Shown: positions 1-11,232, counted from the stretch's first letter. The stretch: 64,000 nt of DNA from an uncultured Gemmatimonadaceae bacterium (GCA_963829055.1 CAWHHI010000008.1:160001-224000); one strand, 5' to 3'. Notes: generated by a model from the sequence alone, not told the origin. Translations and numbers: made by a program.

Positions 1-93
1 CGAACCGGGAATGAGGACAGCCGACATGCGCCAGCGTGTATGAAAGTACCCCTCTGCGACGGTACAGTTCGCGCTCGGCGCGATAATCCGGCG

Positions 94-1173
94 TCAGTCA
101 CCGAACGAGATACCCGTCGCCCGCGCGGTGAGCACGGTATCGTGGTTCGGATCGACCCGCTTTGCCTCGCCCAGAGCCTGGACGATGGGGATCGTCACGA
201 TGTGCGGCGACTGTAGCGCCACCATGGACCCCCACTGCGCGTCGGCCACGGCGCGGACGGCGGCGCCGCCGAAGCGCGCCGCCAGAAGACGGTCGTAGCC
301 GGTCGGTTGCCCGCCACGCTGCAAGTGACCCAGGACCAGTGATCGGGTCTCCTTGCCGGTCATCGTCTGAATCTCGCGCGCGATCGTGTCCGCGATCCCA
401 CCAACGCGCCGCGCCTCCCCGGGCAACGACTGGCCGATGGACGACTCGTGGCCACCGCGTGAAAATGCGCCCTCCGCGGCGACCACAATGGAGAAGTGCC
501 TGCCAGCGCGATCACGCTCCATGATCTTTTCGCAGACCTTCGTGATGTCGTACGGGATTTCGGGAATGAGAATCACATCGGCGGTACCGGCCAGTCCGCT
601 GTGCAGCGCAATGAATCCCGCGTGACGACCCATGACCTCCATCACGATGACCCGGTCGTGGCTCTCGGCCGTCGTGTGCAGTTTGTCGATCGCCTCGAGC
701 GCCGTGTTCACGGCGGTATCGAAGCCGAACGTCGTGACGGTACCACTCACGTCGTTGTCGATCGTCTTCGGCACGCCCACAATCTTCATCCCGCATTCGT
801 GCAATCGCTGCGCGATGGCGAGCGAGCCGTCGCCGCCGATGGTGATGACGGCGTCGATGCCGAGGGCGCGTGCGTTCTCGAGCAACTCGTTCGAGCGGTC
901 GGTCTCGACGAATGATCCGTCAGGCTGCCGAATCGGGTAATGGAACGGATTGCCGCGGTTCGTCGTGCGGAGGATCGTCCCGCCAAGGTGGGCAATCCCG
1001 CGCACGGATTCGCGCGTTAGGCTCACACACTGGTCCTCACCGAGCAGCCCCGCGAACCCTTTCCGGATTCCGATGACTTCCCATCCGCGACCGAGTGCCG
1101 ACAGGACCGCGGCGCGAATGACCGCGTTGAGGCCGGGCGCGTCACCGCCGCCGGTCGAGATCGCGATTCTCAT
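94..1173 (-). CDS. pfkA: 6-phosphofructokinase (group III type, probably ATP-dependent)
   Basis: GGDAPGLN, GGTILRT, GGDGS, PKTIDND, MEVMGR and LGHLQRGG motifs. G in GGDG plus K in PKTIDND is the group III pattern. Confidence 0.95.
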   Translation of the reverse strand: MRIAISTGGGDAPGLNAVIRAAVLSALGRGWEVIGIRKGFAGLLGEDQCVSLTRESVRGIAHLGGTILRTTNRGNPFHYPIRQPDGSFVETDRSNELLENARALGIDAVITIGGDGSLAIAQRLHECGMKIVGVPKTIDNDVSGTVTTFGFDTAVNTALEAIDKLHTTAESHDRVIVMEVMGRHAGFIALHSGLAGTADVILIPEIPYDITKVCEKIMERDRAGRHFSIVVAAEGAFSRGGHESSIGQSLPGEARRVGGIADTIAREIQTMTGKETRSLVLGHLQRGGQPTGYDRLLAARFGGAAVRAVADAQWGSMVALQSPHIVTIPIVQALGEAKRVDPNHDTVLTARATGISFGD

Positions 1174-1394
1174 GCTGTTCGCAACATGCGCACGACCTCT
1201 CCCGGCAGCGCGTGCCGCCCGAGCTTGGACTTTTCGAATACAGGGTGCCCGTCCCGACTCACCTCGAAGCGTCCGCCGCCCGACGGAATCAGTTCGACGT
1301 GCGCGTCCGGAAATGCCTCTCTGATCTCGGCCGCCAACCTGGCGGCCCGCGGTTCGTACGTTCAGACCGTGCAGTATTCGATCGTGATGGTCAT
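1170..1394 (-). CDS. Rdx/SelT/SelW/SelH-family selenoprotein, 74 aa, in-frame UGA read as Sec at codon 11
   Basis: Hand translation: MTITIEYCTV(UGA)TYEPRAARLAAEIREAFPDAHVELIPSGGGRFEVSRDGHPVFEKSKLGRHALPGEVVRMLRTA*. CxxU and G-x-FEV Rdx motifs; UGA at 1362-1364; stop overlaps the pfkA ATG (ATGA). Alternative start at 1421. Confidence 0.9.
1329..1347 (-). promoter_or_regulatory. Bacterial SECIS-like hairpin
   Basis: Minus strand GGCCGCC-AGGTT-GGCGGCC begins 14 nt after the in-frame UGA, with a G-containing apical loop. Confidence 0.8.
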
Positions 1395-1425
1395 CGGTCC
1401 AATGGTCTGTGTTATTGCCATGCGG

Positions 1426-4400
1426 TCAGTGCTGCCGGTCAGCGCCCGTGCTGTCCATGACGCGACCTGTCGGGCTCGGGCATCGGGTGCCGGAGCAGGT
1501 GTCGCCGAGGCTGTTCCAGTTGGCGATCGCGTTCAGTGCAAGCGCCCACGAACCCTGCGTCTGATATCGCCAGAACGGACGGATCGCGAACATCACGACG
1601 TGCCCGTTGCCGAGGGGTGCGTCCACGACAGCCGCCTTGCCTTGCATGTCCTGTGGGTTGTTGAGCATTCCGGAAATGCCTAGCGAGTCGGCGCGATCCA
1701 CAAAACGCAAGATCACGCGAGGGCGCACGCGAGCCTGTGCCGCGAGGAAGGTCGAGTCGACCGTGCCGCCATCGCCCTGTCCTTGCCCGCCAGTCTGCAC
1801 TTGCAGCAGCGGTGTCTGATTGAAGTAGACCGGGAAACTCTTGCTGACATCATACCCATAGAGAATCGGGCTCGAAGACGTCACCTGCTCCGCTCGGAAG
1901 ATGGCCCCGCGGGCACCGAGCGTACGCGACTGGACCTCGGTGACGCTCGGCGTTAGGCCGAGCTCCATCGGAAACCGACTCGTGGAACCTTCGACGAGCA
2001 ACAATCCGCCGCGCTCGACGAAGCGTCGCACCTGTGCCGCACCTTCCAGACCCATGCCGGGACGAATGTCGTCGGTCTCATCCCATTTGCCGAGATGCGG
2101 CGTCTGTGCCGATGCCTTCCACGGAACAGCTGGCCCGACCATCGGGCGGCCGTTCACGAGTGACATGCCGCCCTGACCCGAGTGCGGGAAGATGACCACG
2201 TCGTACCGATCGAGCACACCGGGCGCCCGGAGCTTCTGGTCGGCCATGTACGTGTAGGGAATTCCCATCTTGTCGAGCGAGAACCGCACCCAGCCTTCGT
2301 TCTGCGTCTCTTGCCAGGTGTGGATGTACGCGATTCGCGGCACGGAGATCGGATGCGTCCGAACACTTGGCGCCGCGGGCACCGCGTTCGCGACCAGTCC
2401 GAGGTCGCGTACCGCATCGCGAACCTTCGGCGCATCGGCGACGATGAACGTGCCTGCGGGGTAGCTCACCGAGTTGCTCGTGAACGCACTGTCGGCGACG
2501 AGGACGCGCCCACCTGCTTTCCACGGGAGCACGGCCGATCGCCAGTCACCGATGTGCCTCACGAGCAAGGTGCCGCCTGAGCCGTTCACTCGTCCCGCGA
2601 CAGCCGCGTCACTGGTGAGCGGACGCATCGGCTTGGAGAGAATCGTAGAATCGCTGATGGTGTACGTCTCGACGTGACGCAGCTCGTCGATCGTCCACCC
2701 GGTGTCGTCGTACGGCGACGGATCATCCGGCTTGTAGCGCTGGATCGCGAGCATCGTGCGGATCATCTGCGTGTACGGCTGGTCCATGCGTACGATCCAA
2801 TCGCCCGCATGAACAGTGACGGGGCCGGTCGCCCGAGGGCGCCCGGCAGCGCGTGTGCCCGCTTCGCCCCCCGCCAAGCGCGCCGATTGCGCTGAATCCC
2901 CGGGCTGCGTTGGCCGAGCGGCGTTTGCGGCCGATGCTGCGCCACCTGACGCGGCTGTGGTTCGGGTCGCGCTATCCGCTCGCGAGCTGTCCGCGGACGC
3001 TGTGCGCTGCGCACCGGCCGCCGTACTGCCCGACGTCGACGCGGGCAGCGGTCCGCGGTCTTCGATGACACGCGCTCCACGCTCGACAGTGAACTCGCTC
3101 GTCGCCTCGTGAATCTCTGCCGCCTGCAGACGAAACAGATTCACGAGATCCGCCGCCTCGGCCGCGTGACGCTGGTCGCGCGGAATCACGAACGCATACG
3201 GCGCGGACGTGGTCCCACGCGCGATCATGCGTTCCGCCTTGCGCGACGTTGTTCTCGAGAAACGTCGTGCGGTGGTCGCCCGACGTACTTGAGCGCGATG
3301 AGCGCGCCTGACTGCTGATAGTTGATGTTGCTGCGGATGCACCAGCGCACGCCGTTGATCGGCGGATTCGGACGATCCCAACTGCGACCCGTCTGCGCAG
3401 CGCCGAGGTCCACCGTCTGACATTCGGCGCCGCCCGACGTGTACGTCTCGTAGAACCGTCCGATCGAGTTGTGGAACTGCGCGATCGCCATGACGTAGTT
3501 AGGCGCCCATCCATCGTAGAAGCCGTGCGTCCACACGCCCGGCGAGCCCACGACGCGTCAGCTCGGTGATCTCCTGATACGCGAGCGTGTGCCATTCGGA
3601 GATCGCGATCGGATCGAACTCGTCGTTGTAGGGGCCAGTGCCGGTGCTGATGTACAGGAACGGCACCGACTCGTGCAGGTCATGCGTGATCGTCGGGTGC
3701 CACTGGAGGAAGCCCTTCAGGTAGTTCTGCGTGATCTTCTGCGACACGACCATGCCGTCGCGGTTGTTGTCGTGCGCCGTGTACTTGCCCCAGTAGACGA
3801 GGTTGCGGCCGCGGCACCTTCAGCAGCTTCGACTGGTTGTACGACGTCCACCATCGCGATCGCGGCCATCCACTTCCTGTACCGGCGTGATGAGCGTGAT
3901 GACGTTGGACGCGGATATCGCGCACGAACTCGCCCTCATCCACCGCGAGACGATAGGCGAGCTCCATCAGCATCTCGGGACTGCCGGTCTCCGGCGAGTG
4001 GATCGAGCCGAGCAGCCAGTAGATCGGCTTTGCCTCATGAATGAGTCGCGCACGCTCGGCAGCAGAGAGGCCTCGCGGGTCGGCGAGGCGCGCCGTCATC
4101 GCGCGGTACTCGTCGAGCCGGCGAATCGTTTCCTCGTCGGCCACGGCCAGCGACGATCTCTTCACGGTCCTCGTCGCTCATGCCGAACGACATGAGACGC
4201 GTGCGCGTCGGAGCGCGGCGGCCACCGCGCGGAAGTATCTGTTGACGTCCGCCACGTGCGAGAGCTTTCCCACGGTCCCGGGAACGTAGCCGAGGACCTT
4301 GAGCGGCGTCGGGACGGTGGCCGACGCTCGGCAGATAGTCGACGAGCTCGGTGGTGAACTTCCACTTGGGATCCGTCGGCGTGAGCTCCCGGATCTTCGC

Positions 4401-4514
4401 CGTATACTCGGCATCAATCAGAGAGCCGGCCGGTAACTGCGCCGCCATTCCGGTCGGTGCAGTGAGCACCGTGGCGAACAACGCGAGCGAGGCGACGACC
4501 GTAGCGTGGCGCAT
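1426..4514 (-). CDS. Secreted M14-family zinc carboxypeptidase with C-terminal glutamine-amidotransferase-like domain (several frameshifts)
   Basis: Signal peptide MRHATVVASLALF; fragments IHSPETGSPE, HDNNRD, HDLHES and FYDGWAPNY are spread over ORFs 4035-4586, 4178-4417, 3680-4165, 3499-3753, 3225-3551 and 1426-3423. Confidence 0.8.
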
Positions 4515-4551
4515 GACTTCGACTTGGGTTCGAGGGCAGATCCCGCGCGGC

Positions 4552-4788
4552 TCAGCGCGAGAGCGGGAAACCGGAGAGATTCGCAATCTGTCGGATGACG
4601 CTGTCCTGTTTGGCCACGACCGCGCGCAACGAGTCGACCTGTTGCTGGAGCGCGGCGTTGTCCTGTCGCAGGTCGTTCAGACCGTCACCGAGTTGAATGA
4701 TCTGTTCGCTCATGGCGATGTCCGCCTTGCTCGTGGGGCACGCGGTACAGATCACGGCCAGCATGAGCGCGGACACGACGCGTAGCAT
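4552..4788 (-). CDS. Small coiled-coil lipoprotein
   Basis: Lipobox-like ICTAC followed by a heptad-rich helix. Confidence 0.65.
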   Translation of the reverse strand: MLRVVSALMLAVICTACPTSKADIAMSEQIIQLGDGLNDLRQDNAALQQQVDSLRAVVAKQDSVIRQIANLSGFPLSR

Positions 4789-4913
4789 CGATGTTCCTCG
4801 TCGGTCGGTGGAATCGAGTGCACGGCAGCGAAACGGTTTGGCATGCGTTCCCGAGATGGCAGGACGCGACCCGTCGGATCGTATGGTGCGCTTGCCGCTT
4901 ACGGAAGGGAACG

Positions 4914-5334
4914 ATGCGACGTGGCACCACCGTGCCCGAATTGGTCGTGGTTTTGACAGTGGTTGGGGTGCTAGTCACTATCGCGCTCACACGTGCACGC
5001 GGGGTGCGCGACCGCGTGAGCGTGCGCGCGGCAGCCTCGGAAACCGTCGCGACGTTCGCGCTGGCGCGCCGCTGGTCGTTGTCGCGAGCCTCGCGCACCG
5101 CCATCACGTTCGACACCATGTCGGCAACCGCTCATCGTTCGGAGTTACGCCGACACCATCGCGCGCCGCTCGCTGAGATCGTCGCACGGTGTTGGCCTGT
5201 CGGCATCGCGCGACTCGATGGCCTATGCGCCTAACGGGCTGGGCTACGGAGCGTCGAACCTCACGCTGGTGTTGCGGCGAGGTGACGCTGCGGAGACAGT
5301 CTTCGTATCGCGGTTGGGCCGCGTGCGTCGGTAA
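4914..5334 (+). CDS. GspH/FimT-like pseudopilin (frameshifted near 5130-5180)
   Basis: Class III signal MRRG|TTVPELVVVLTVVGVL; C-terminus in another frame reads YAPNGLG...VFVSRLGRVRR* (TAA 5332-5334). Confidence 0.75.
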
Positions 5335-5355
5335 CGGCAGGTCAGGTATGGATGC

Positions 5356-5386
5356 ACGAGGGGCCGGCGGAATGCCGGCCCCTCGT
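5356..5386. terminator. Hairpin between convergent genes
   Basis: ACGAGGGGCCGGC-GGAAT-GCCGGCCCCTCGT, perfect 13-bp stem. Confidence 0.7.
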
Positions 5387-5411
5387 CAGGTCGACACCTC
5401 CTATCGTGCGT

Positions 5412-6620
5412 TCAGTCGGCCGCGACTGTCCCGAAATCGAATCCCGGCACCGAGATTCGCGGGATCTGCTGTCCGATCACGCGTTCGATCGTGCGAACCA
5501 TCGCGATCTCATCCGGCGACATGAACGTGTATGCGTCACCGGTGGCTGCGGCTCTCCCTGTGCGCCCAATGCGGTGGACGTAGTCCTCGGGCTGCTGCGG
5601 GACGTCGTAGTTGATGACGTGCGAGATCCCGGAAATGTCGAGCCCGCGCTGAGCGATGTCCGTGGCTACCAGCACGCGGATCGCGCCGCTCTTGAATCCC
5701 TCCAGCGCCTGCGTGCGCTGCGCCTGCGACTTGTCGGCGTGCATCGCGGTAGCGGTGATGCCGCCGCGCTCGAGATGGCGCACTACGCGATCCGCCCCGT
5801 GCTTCGTGCGGCTGAAGATGAGCACGGAGTCCATCTCCGGCTTGCGGAGCAACTCGACCAGCAACGCGCTCTTCTTGTCGCGCGGAACCGGGTACACCGC
5901 GTGAGCGACGGTGCTGGCGGCAGACGACCGCCGTCCGACCTGCACGACAACGGGCTTCCGTAGATACTTCCGCGCGAGTGCCTCGACCTCGGGCGGCATC
6001 GTCGCGCTGAATAGCAGCGTTTGCCTGTAGCGCGGGATCTCGCTGACGATGCGGTTGATCTGCGGCGCGAACCCCATGTCGAGCATCCGATCCGCTTCGT
6101 CGAGGACCAGCACTTCGAGATCGTCGAAGTTCACGTTCTGCCGCTCGACGTGGTCGATCAAGCGTCCCGGCGTGGCAACGACAACGTCGACGCCGGCCCT
6201 CAGCGCTCGCTCCTGGGGCTCGATGGGCACGCCGCCAAATACCGGGGCAACGCTCAGACCAGAATGTTTGCCGTACTTCCGAAAGCTGTCTTCTACCTGC
6301 GCCGCGAGCTCGCGAGTTGGCGTAAGGATCAGGACGCGAGTTCGCTTCGGGCCTTCGACTAGCCGATTGATGATCGGAAGTGTGAACGCCGCCGTTTTCC
6401 CGGTCCCTGTGTTCGCGAGGCCGATCATGTCGCGGCCGCTCAGCGCGAGGGGAATCGCTTCTCGCTGAATCGGAGTGGGGTGGGTGTATCCCGCGTCTCG
6501 GACGGCGGCGAGCACCTGCTCGCATAGACCAAGATCGTCGAATGTGCCAAGAGCTTCAGCTACTGGGAGAGCAGTTTCTGTGTCGATTGTGTCGATATCG
6601 ATTGTGTGTGTCGTTTCCAT
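5412..6620 (-). CDS. DEAD-box RNA helicase (RhlE-like)
   Basis: Q motif PTPIQ, GTGKT, PTRELA, TPGRL, DEAD, SAT, HRIGRTGRA. Confidence 0.95.
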   Translation of the reverse strand: METTHTIDIDTIDTETALPVAEALGTFDDLGLCEQVLAAVRDAGYTHPTPIQREAIPLALSGRDMIGLANTGTGKTAAFTLPIINRLVEGPKRTRVLILTPTRELAAQVEDSFRKYGKHSGLSVAPVFGGVPIEPQERALRAGVDVVVATPGRLIDHVERQNVNFDDLEVLVLDEADRMLDMGFAPQINRIVSEIPRYRQTLLFSATMPPEVEALARKYLRKPVVVQVGRRSSAASTVAHAVYPVPRDKKSALLVELLRKPEMDSVLIFSRTKHGADRVVRHLERGGITATAMHADKSQAQRTQALEGFKSGAIRVLVATDIAQRGLDISGISHVINYDVPQQPEDYVHRIGRTGRAAATGDAYTFMSPDEIAMVRTIERVIGQQIPRISVPGFDFGTVAAD

Positions 6621-6911
6621 TGAGTCCCATGTGAGCGCGCCGGGGCCGCTTGCTCGAGGACGTCTCGAGACCGGCGCACGAGTACAACAACTCGGCGCGC
6701 TCGAACGAGCACGCCAAGACGAATCTCTTGCTGAAGAGATATTCTGCGGGGCAGAGATTGGCTCTTCGGTGAGCCAATGCCGCAAGCGGTGGGATCGGCT
6801 CCACGGGCGACGACCGGCGCCTTGTGGACGCAGTAGCGAAGCTCGTGCGCTAAACCTAAACCGCGGCGATACTTGGCGCCACGGAGGCCCGGCAGGACAC
6901 CGGGACTCGGC

Positions 6912-8045
6912 TCATACCAGCTCGAGCGGTCTGCCCGAGAGACGCGCAATGAGTCCGAGACGGAACGTGACATCCGTCCAGCGCTCGTCGCCCGACGTCA
7001 TCCGCTCCAGCGGAAACGCGGGCCACACGAATGGATTGGACGAGCGCGGCATCGCCATGCCCTTGTGCGGATGCCAGACGAGGTCCCTATCCCTGTCATC
7101 GAGGAACCGCTCGAACAACTTGCTCCAGCCTTCGTTGCGCCGCAGAAATCCGAGGCGCGCCATTAACTCGAGCCACGAAAGCGCGAAGGGAACATCAGCA
7201 TCTGCGACGTTCCGGTTCGGCAGCATGTCACCGAGCACGAGGTGAGGCTGGGCGACAATGTGCGAACCGAACAACTGCGTGAGCTCCTGACGCGGCTGCG
7301 GCTGCGACAGGTAGTGAAGAATCCGATCGAGCTGGACGTGGTTCTCGCTCCGGAAGAGCGGCATGTGCGCGAGCATACCCAGCGCGTAAATCGACGGCGG
7401 GGCGGCCTCTGGCGCGAGAACCTGCTTGTTGCCGACGCGCACCCACGGCTTGTGTCCAAGCGGCGATCGGACAAACGCGTCGATTCGATCCAGGATTCGA
7501 CGTGCCGCTCCCCTCAGTCGCGGATCGCCCTCGTAACCGGCCTGCGCCAGCGCTGCCGCCGCGGCTTCACGCAGAATCGTGCGACCACGGTGAGCCAGGT
7601 CGGAATCGTCGTGAGCTTCCCTCGCGAACTCGAACAAGAACGCCGGGTCATCATCCTCAGCCAGAAGTCGAAAGAGGACGCGACGCGCTCGCAAGAGCGG
7701 GGGCGAGTCCTTGTCCCAGCCATATTCCAGAAGCCGCCTGAAGGCGTTGATCGTTCCCACGCCCTCGAAGAGGTTCGCGCGGTCGGATGGGACGTCCAAC
7801 ATCGACTTGTTCCATACGCCGTCTGGCGATTGCGTCACGGCGAGGGCTAACGCGGGCGGGTGCGCATAGCTGAGGACGGCCGCCTCGCGGGTCAATTCGC
7901 CTGACACTCGGGCGACGTCTGCCAGTGCCCGGTACCTGATAGCATTCGACGCGTGTTCAAGAAGCCACGCCATCGGGAACTCCACCAAGCTCAGCGGCGC
8001 AACTGGAGTCGGTGGGATTGCGACGTGAGCGGGCTGTTCAGTCAC
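6912..8045 (-). CDS. Hypothetical helical protein, weakly prenyltransferase/squalene-cyclase-repeat-like
   Basis: 377-aa ORF with normal composition; QSPDGVW (QW-like) motif. Confidence 0.55.
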   Translation of the reverse strand: MTEQPAHVAIPPTPVAPLSLVEFPMAWLLEHASNAIRYRALADVARVSGELTREAAVLSYAHPPALALAVTQSPDGVWNKSMLDVPSDRANLFEGVGTINAFRRLLEYGWDKDSPPLLRARRVLFRLLAEDDDPAFLFEFAREAHDDSDLAHRGRTILREAAAAALAQAGYEGDPRLRGAARRILDRIDAFVRSPLGHKPWVRVGNKQVLAPEAAPPSIYALGMLAHMPLFRSENHVQLDRILHYLSQPQPRQELTQLFGSHIVAQPHLVLGDMLPNRNVADADVPFALSWLELMARLGFLRRNEGWSKLFERFLDDRDRDLVWHPHKGMAMPRSSNPFVWPAFPLERMTSGDERWTDVTFRLGLIARLSGRPLELV

Positions 8046-8289
8046 GATATGGCGAGGCCATTAAGTCGTTGTCATGTAACACGTTCACTGTACTCACGCC
8101 GGTCGACGGCGATAGGCGCGTAAGCATAGGCACATTACGAACCGGACGCTAGAGGGGTGTCAGGACGGCTCCAGCGGACGCGATTCGCTTGTGATGAGGC
8201 CTGAGGCCGGCCATCTTGCCATGTGAACTTGATCTTCGCGGCCATGCTTGCAGGCCCCAGCCGTCCTGCTTCTCACCCTGCGGATCGAC

Positions 8290-9111
8290 ATGCGCGGTGA
8301 GTTCATCGACGTCAACGGCGCGCGACTCTACTACTACGCCGCAGGAAGTCGCGGAGCCGGCGAGCCCGTCGTTTTTCTTCATGGCTTTCCAACCTCGTCC
8401 CACTTGTGGACCGAGGTGGTCCCTCTTGTACCCTCCGGACACCGCGTCGTCGTGGTCGACCTCCTCGGCTACGGAAGGAGCGATAGACCCGCCGGACGCG
8501 ATGTCAGTGTGCGTGGACACGCCGAACGAGTCGTTGGACTGCTCGACGCGCTGGCGATCAACTACGCATGTATCGTCGGCCACGACGTCGGCGGCGGCAT
8601 CGCGCAGACGATGGCCGTGCGCTGGCCCACCCGGGTGTCCCGGCTCATGCTCGTGAACTCCGTGGGCTTCGATCTCTGGCCGGGCCGTGAGGTGAAGGTG
8701 GCGCGAGCCATGCTGCCGTTGACACGCCATCTACCGGCGACATGGCTCCTGTCGATCCTCCGCACCGACCTCATGCGAGGCTACCTCACATCCGACCGCG
8801 GCGCGCATTCCGTAGAGATGTACGTCCGCCCCTTCTCCAGTCCCGAAGGCCGCGACTCGCTCGTGGAGCACATGCTGTCGCTCGACAGCAGCGAGACCAA
8901 AGCGATCGAGGGGAGACTCAAGGATATCGTGGCACCGACGGCGATCATGTGGGGTGCAGAGGATCCATTTCTACCTGTCGCCATCGGGCGGCGGCTCAAT
9001 TCCGAGATCCCCGGTTCTACGCTGACGGTGGTGCCTGACGTCCGGCACTTCGTCCCTGAGGAGGCACCAGAAAAAGTAGCGGACGTGCTCACGGAGCTCT
9101 TGGCGCGGTGA
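8290..9111 (+). CDS. Alpha/beta hydrolase (epoxide hydrolase/dehalogenase type)
   Basis: HGFP oxyanion motif, DLLGYGRS, GHDVGG Asp nucleophile, C-terminal HFVPEE. Confidence 0.9.
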   Translation: MRGEFIDVNGARLYYYAAGSRGAGEPVVFLHGFPTSSHLWTEVVPLVPSGHRVVVVDLLGYGRSDRPAGRDVSVRGHAERVVGLLDALAINYACIVGHDVGGGIAQTMAVRWPTRVSRLMLVNSVGFDLWPGREVKVARAMLPLTRHLPATWLLSILRTDLMRGYLTSDRGAHSVEMYVRPFSSPEGRDSLVEHMLSLDSSETKAIEGRLKDIVAPTAIMWGAEDPFLPVAIGRRLNSEIPGSTLTVVPDVRHFVPEEAPEKVADVLTELLAR

Positions 9112-9428
9112 CAGCCTCACGGTTGGACACGATGCGCGCGATGGTGGCCAAGAACCCGTCGAACGCGCTTGCACGGTTTGGACTGGCGAACGAGGCGCTC
9201 AAGGAGCGACTCTACGACGAAGCGGTGGAGCATCTCCGCATCTATCTCGACACGCACACAGACGAGGGCAATGGCTACGGCCGCCTGGCGGAGGCCCTCG
9301 TGCACCTCGGTCGCGCCGATGAGGCGCGTGATGCGTTGCGCCGCGGGATCGAGGCCGCTCGGAACTTCGGTCACCCGAGCATGGCGAGCGAATTCGAGGC
9401 GCGACTCGACGAGTTGGAGGACCTGTAA
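9108..9428 (+). CDS. Small TPR protein
   Basis: TPR-like helices (ARFGLANE, YGRLAEAL); overlaps the upstream stop codon. Confidence 0.8.
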   Translation: MTASRLDTMRAMVAKNPSNALARFGLANEALKERLYDEAVEHLRIYLDTHTDEGNGYGRLAEALVHLGRADEARDALRRGIEAARNFGHPSMASEFEARLDELEDL

Positions 9429-9971
9429 ATGCGGCGGCTGGGGAGCGCGACGCTGCTGGTCGCGATCGGCTGCGCGTCGTTAGGCACGCACGCGGTCCAG
9501 GCCCAGGGACGAGGGCCGCTGCAGTTGCCCCGCGTCGGCGAACGAGTGCGCGTGCGCGCGCCGAGCATTCGGGACGACCGCTATGTCGGACGCGTGGAAA
9601 GTTTGCCTCCCGACTCTATCATGCTCGACACGGCTGGCGTCCGACGCCGTTTGGGATTCGACATGGGTCCGGTACTCGTAGAAGAATTCCGCCGTGTCAC
9701 GATCCCGACGAACGCGATCGAATCGATCGACATCAGCACAGGACGCTCGCACAAACGCTCCACGATCAAGGGAGCCATCATCGGCGCGCTTGGAGGAGCC
9801 GTACTGTTCGGGGTCACCAACCTGCCCGAGGTGGATCCCGGCTTCTCCGACTTCATGAGTGGCGCGACCGTCGGCGTGGTGGTCGGCGGCGTGGTGGGCG
9901 GCGTCGTGGGCTACTTGTTAGGCGCCGAGAAGTGGCAGTCGTTCTATCGGGCCGGGGTACTCCCCCCCTGA
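9429..9971 (+). CDS. Exported hypothetical protein with C-terminal glycine-zipper hairpin
   Basis: Signal peptide; GAIIGALGG and GVVVGGVVGGVVG segments. Confidence 0.7.
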   Translation: MRRLGSATLLVAIGCASLGTHAVQAQGRGPLQLPRVGERVRVRAPSIRDDRYVGRVESLPPDSIMLDTAGVRRRLGFDMGPVLVEEFRRVTIPTNAIESIDISTGRSHKRSTIKGAIIGALGGAVLFGVTNLPEVDPGFSDFMSGATVGVVVGGVVGGVVGYLLGAEKWQSFYRAGVLPP

Positions 9972-11179
9972 GCGGGCGGGAGCGTGTCAGCCGGTTCAAT
10001 CGCCACCGCGAACGCGTCCACTGAATAGCGGCTGCCCGGGTTCCAGAGCATCCAGCTCTTCACACCGTTCTTGTAGCCGGCTCGTATCTGTGCGCGCACT
10101 TCCGCCGCGCCATACCGCGGCGGCCCGAGCGTGAAATCCTGGTACCATGGAACGACCTTGGCGGCGTTCGCGATGCCGGCACTTCGACGAGTCGCATCCG
10201 CGAGGGCATGGTCGATCGTTGCGAACGGTGCGGCGTTAGGATTCGCCAGTCGGTACGTGCCCGGCGCAAAGTGCGACGGGTAGACCATCGGCAGCACGAC
10301 ATCCGCCTGATCGATGAACTTCTCCCACTGCTGGCCGATCCCCATGTCCGTCGTGTCGGTCGCCGTTAGGCCAAAGACGTCGATCGTCAACGGGACACCC
10401 GTCGGACGCAGCTGGTCGCGCGCGAACCCGAGCTGCTCGCGGATCACCTGCGCGCGCACCCGACCGTTGGCCAGCGGGAATACCGCTTCGCGCACGAGCC
10501 GCTTCTCATCCGGAAATCGAACGTAGTCGAACTGCACCTCGCTGAATCCGAGGTTCACAGCCTCTTTGGCGAGATCGGCGGCGTATTGCCACACGCCACG
10601 TTGGTGCGGGTCCAGCCACGGCTTTCCGTTCTTGTCGAGCCATGGCTTCGTTGGATCGGACCGGCGCTTGATCGACCACTCGAGCTTTCGCTCGGCGAGT
10701 AGCGGGTCCTTCGCGACAACGATCCGCGCGATCGGATAGATGCCATGCGTGCGCATCGTGTCGAGCACCGCGCGCAGGCGACGGTAGGACATGGGACGCG
10801 TGGTGTCCGCCCCGATCTCCCGCGCCAGCGGGACCGTGGACCGGTACAATGTGAAGCCTCGATCATCCTTCACGTCGATCACGAGCGCGTTCACCTCGGT
10901 GCGCTTCGCGACGTCGATGAGCTCCCACATACGTTGTCCGAGCGCGGCCCATCGATTCACATAGAGCCCGCGCACGACGCGCGGCGTGGGCACGCGTGGT
11001 TGTGCAGGCCTCGCGATGGAATCCGGAACGCTCGGCGCAGCAACGGGCGCGGCCCGTGCCGCGGTGTCGACTTTGGCGGGCTGCGATGCCGGCTTCGAAT
11101 CGCAACTCGCGGCCCAGCACACGAGACTCGCGGCTGCGGCGCTGGCGGCCGCGCGGGATGAGAAAGGATGACGACGCAT
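9944..11179 (-). CDS. Putative glycoside hydrolase lipoprotein (DUF4015-like)
   Basis: NALVIDVKDDRG, GIYPIARIVVAKD, QFDYVRFP, PMVYPSHF, WMLWNP motifs. Confidence 0.85.
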   Translation of the reverse strand: MRRHPFSSRAAASAAAASLVCWAASCDSKPASQPAKVDTAARAAPVAAPSVPDSIARPAQPRVPTPRVVRGLYVNRWAALGQRMWELIDVAKRTEVNALVIDVKDDRGFTLYRSTVPLAREIGADTTRPMSYRRLRAVLDTMRTHGIYPIARIVVAKDPLLAERKLEWSIKRRSDPTKPWLDKNGKPWLDPHQRGVWQYAADLAKEAVNLGFSEVQFDYVRFPDEKRLVREAVFPLANGRVRAQVIREQLGFARDQLRPTGVPLTIDVFGLTATDTTDMGIGQQWEKFIDQADVVLPMVYPSHFAPGTYRLANPNAAPFATIDHALADATRRSAGIANAAKVVPWYQDFTLGPPRYGAAEVRAQIRAGYKNGVKSWMLWNPGSRYSVDAFAVAIEPADTLPPAQGGSTPAR

Positions 11180-11232
11180 TGTCGAGGCAATGTATCGATC
11201 GGAGGAACATGATAACACAGCCAGCGCTCCGA

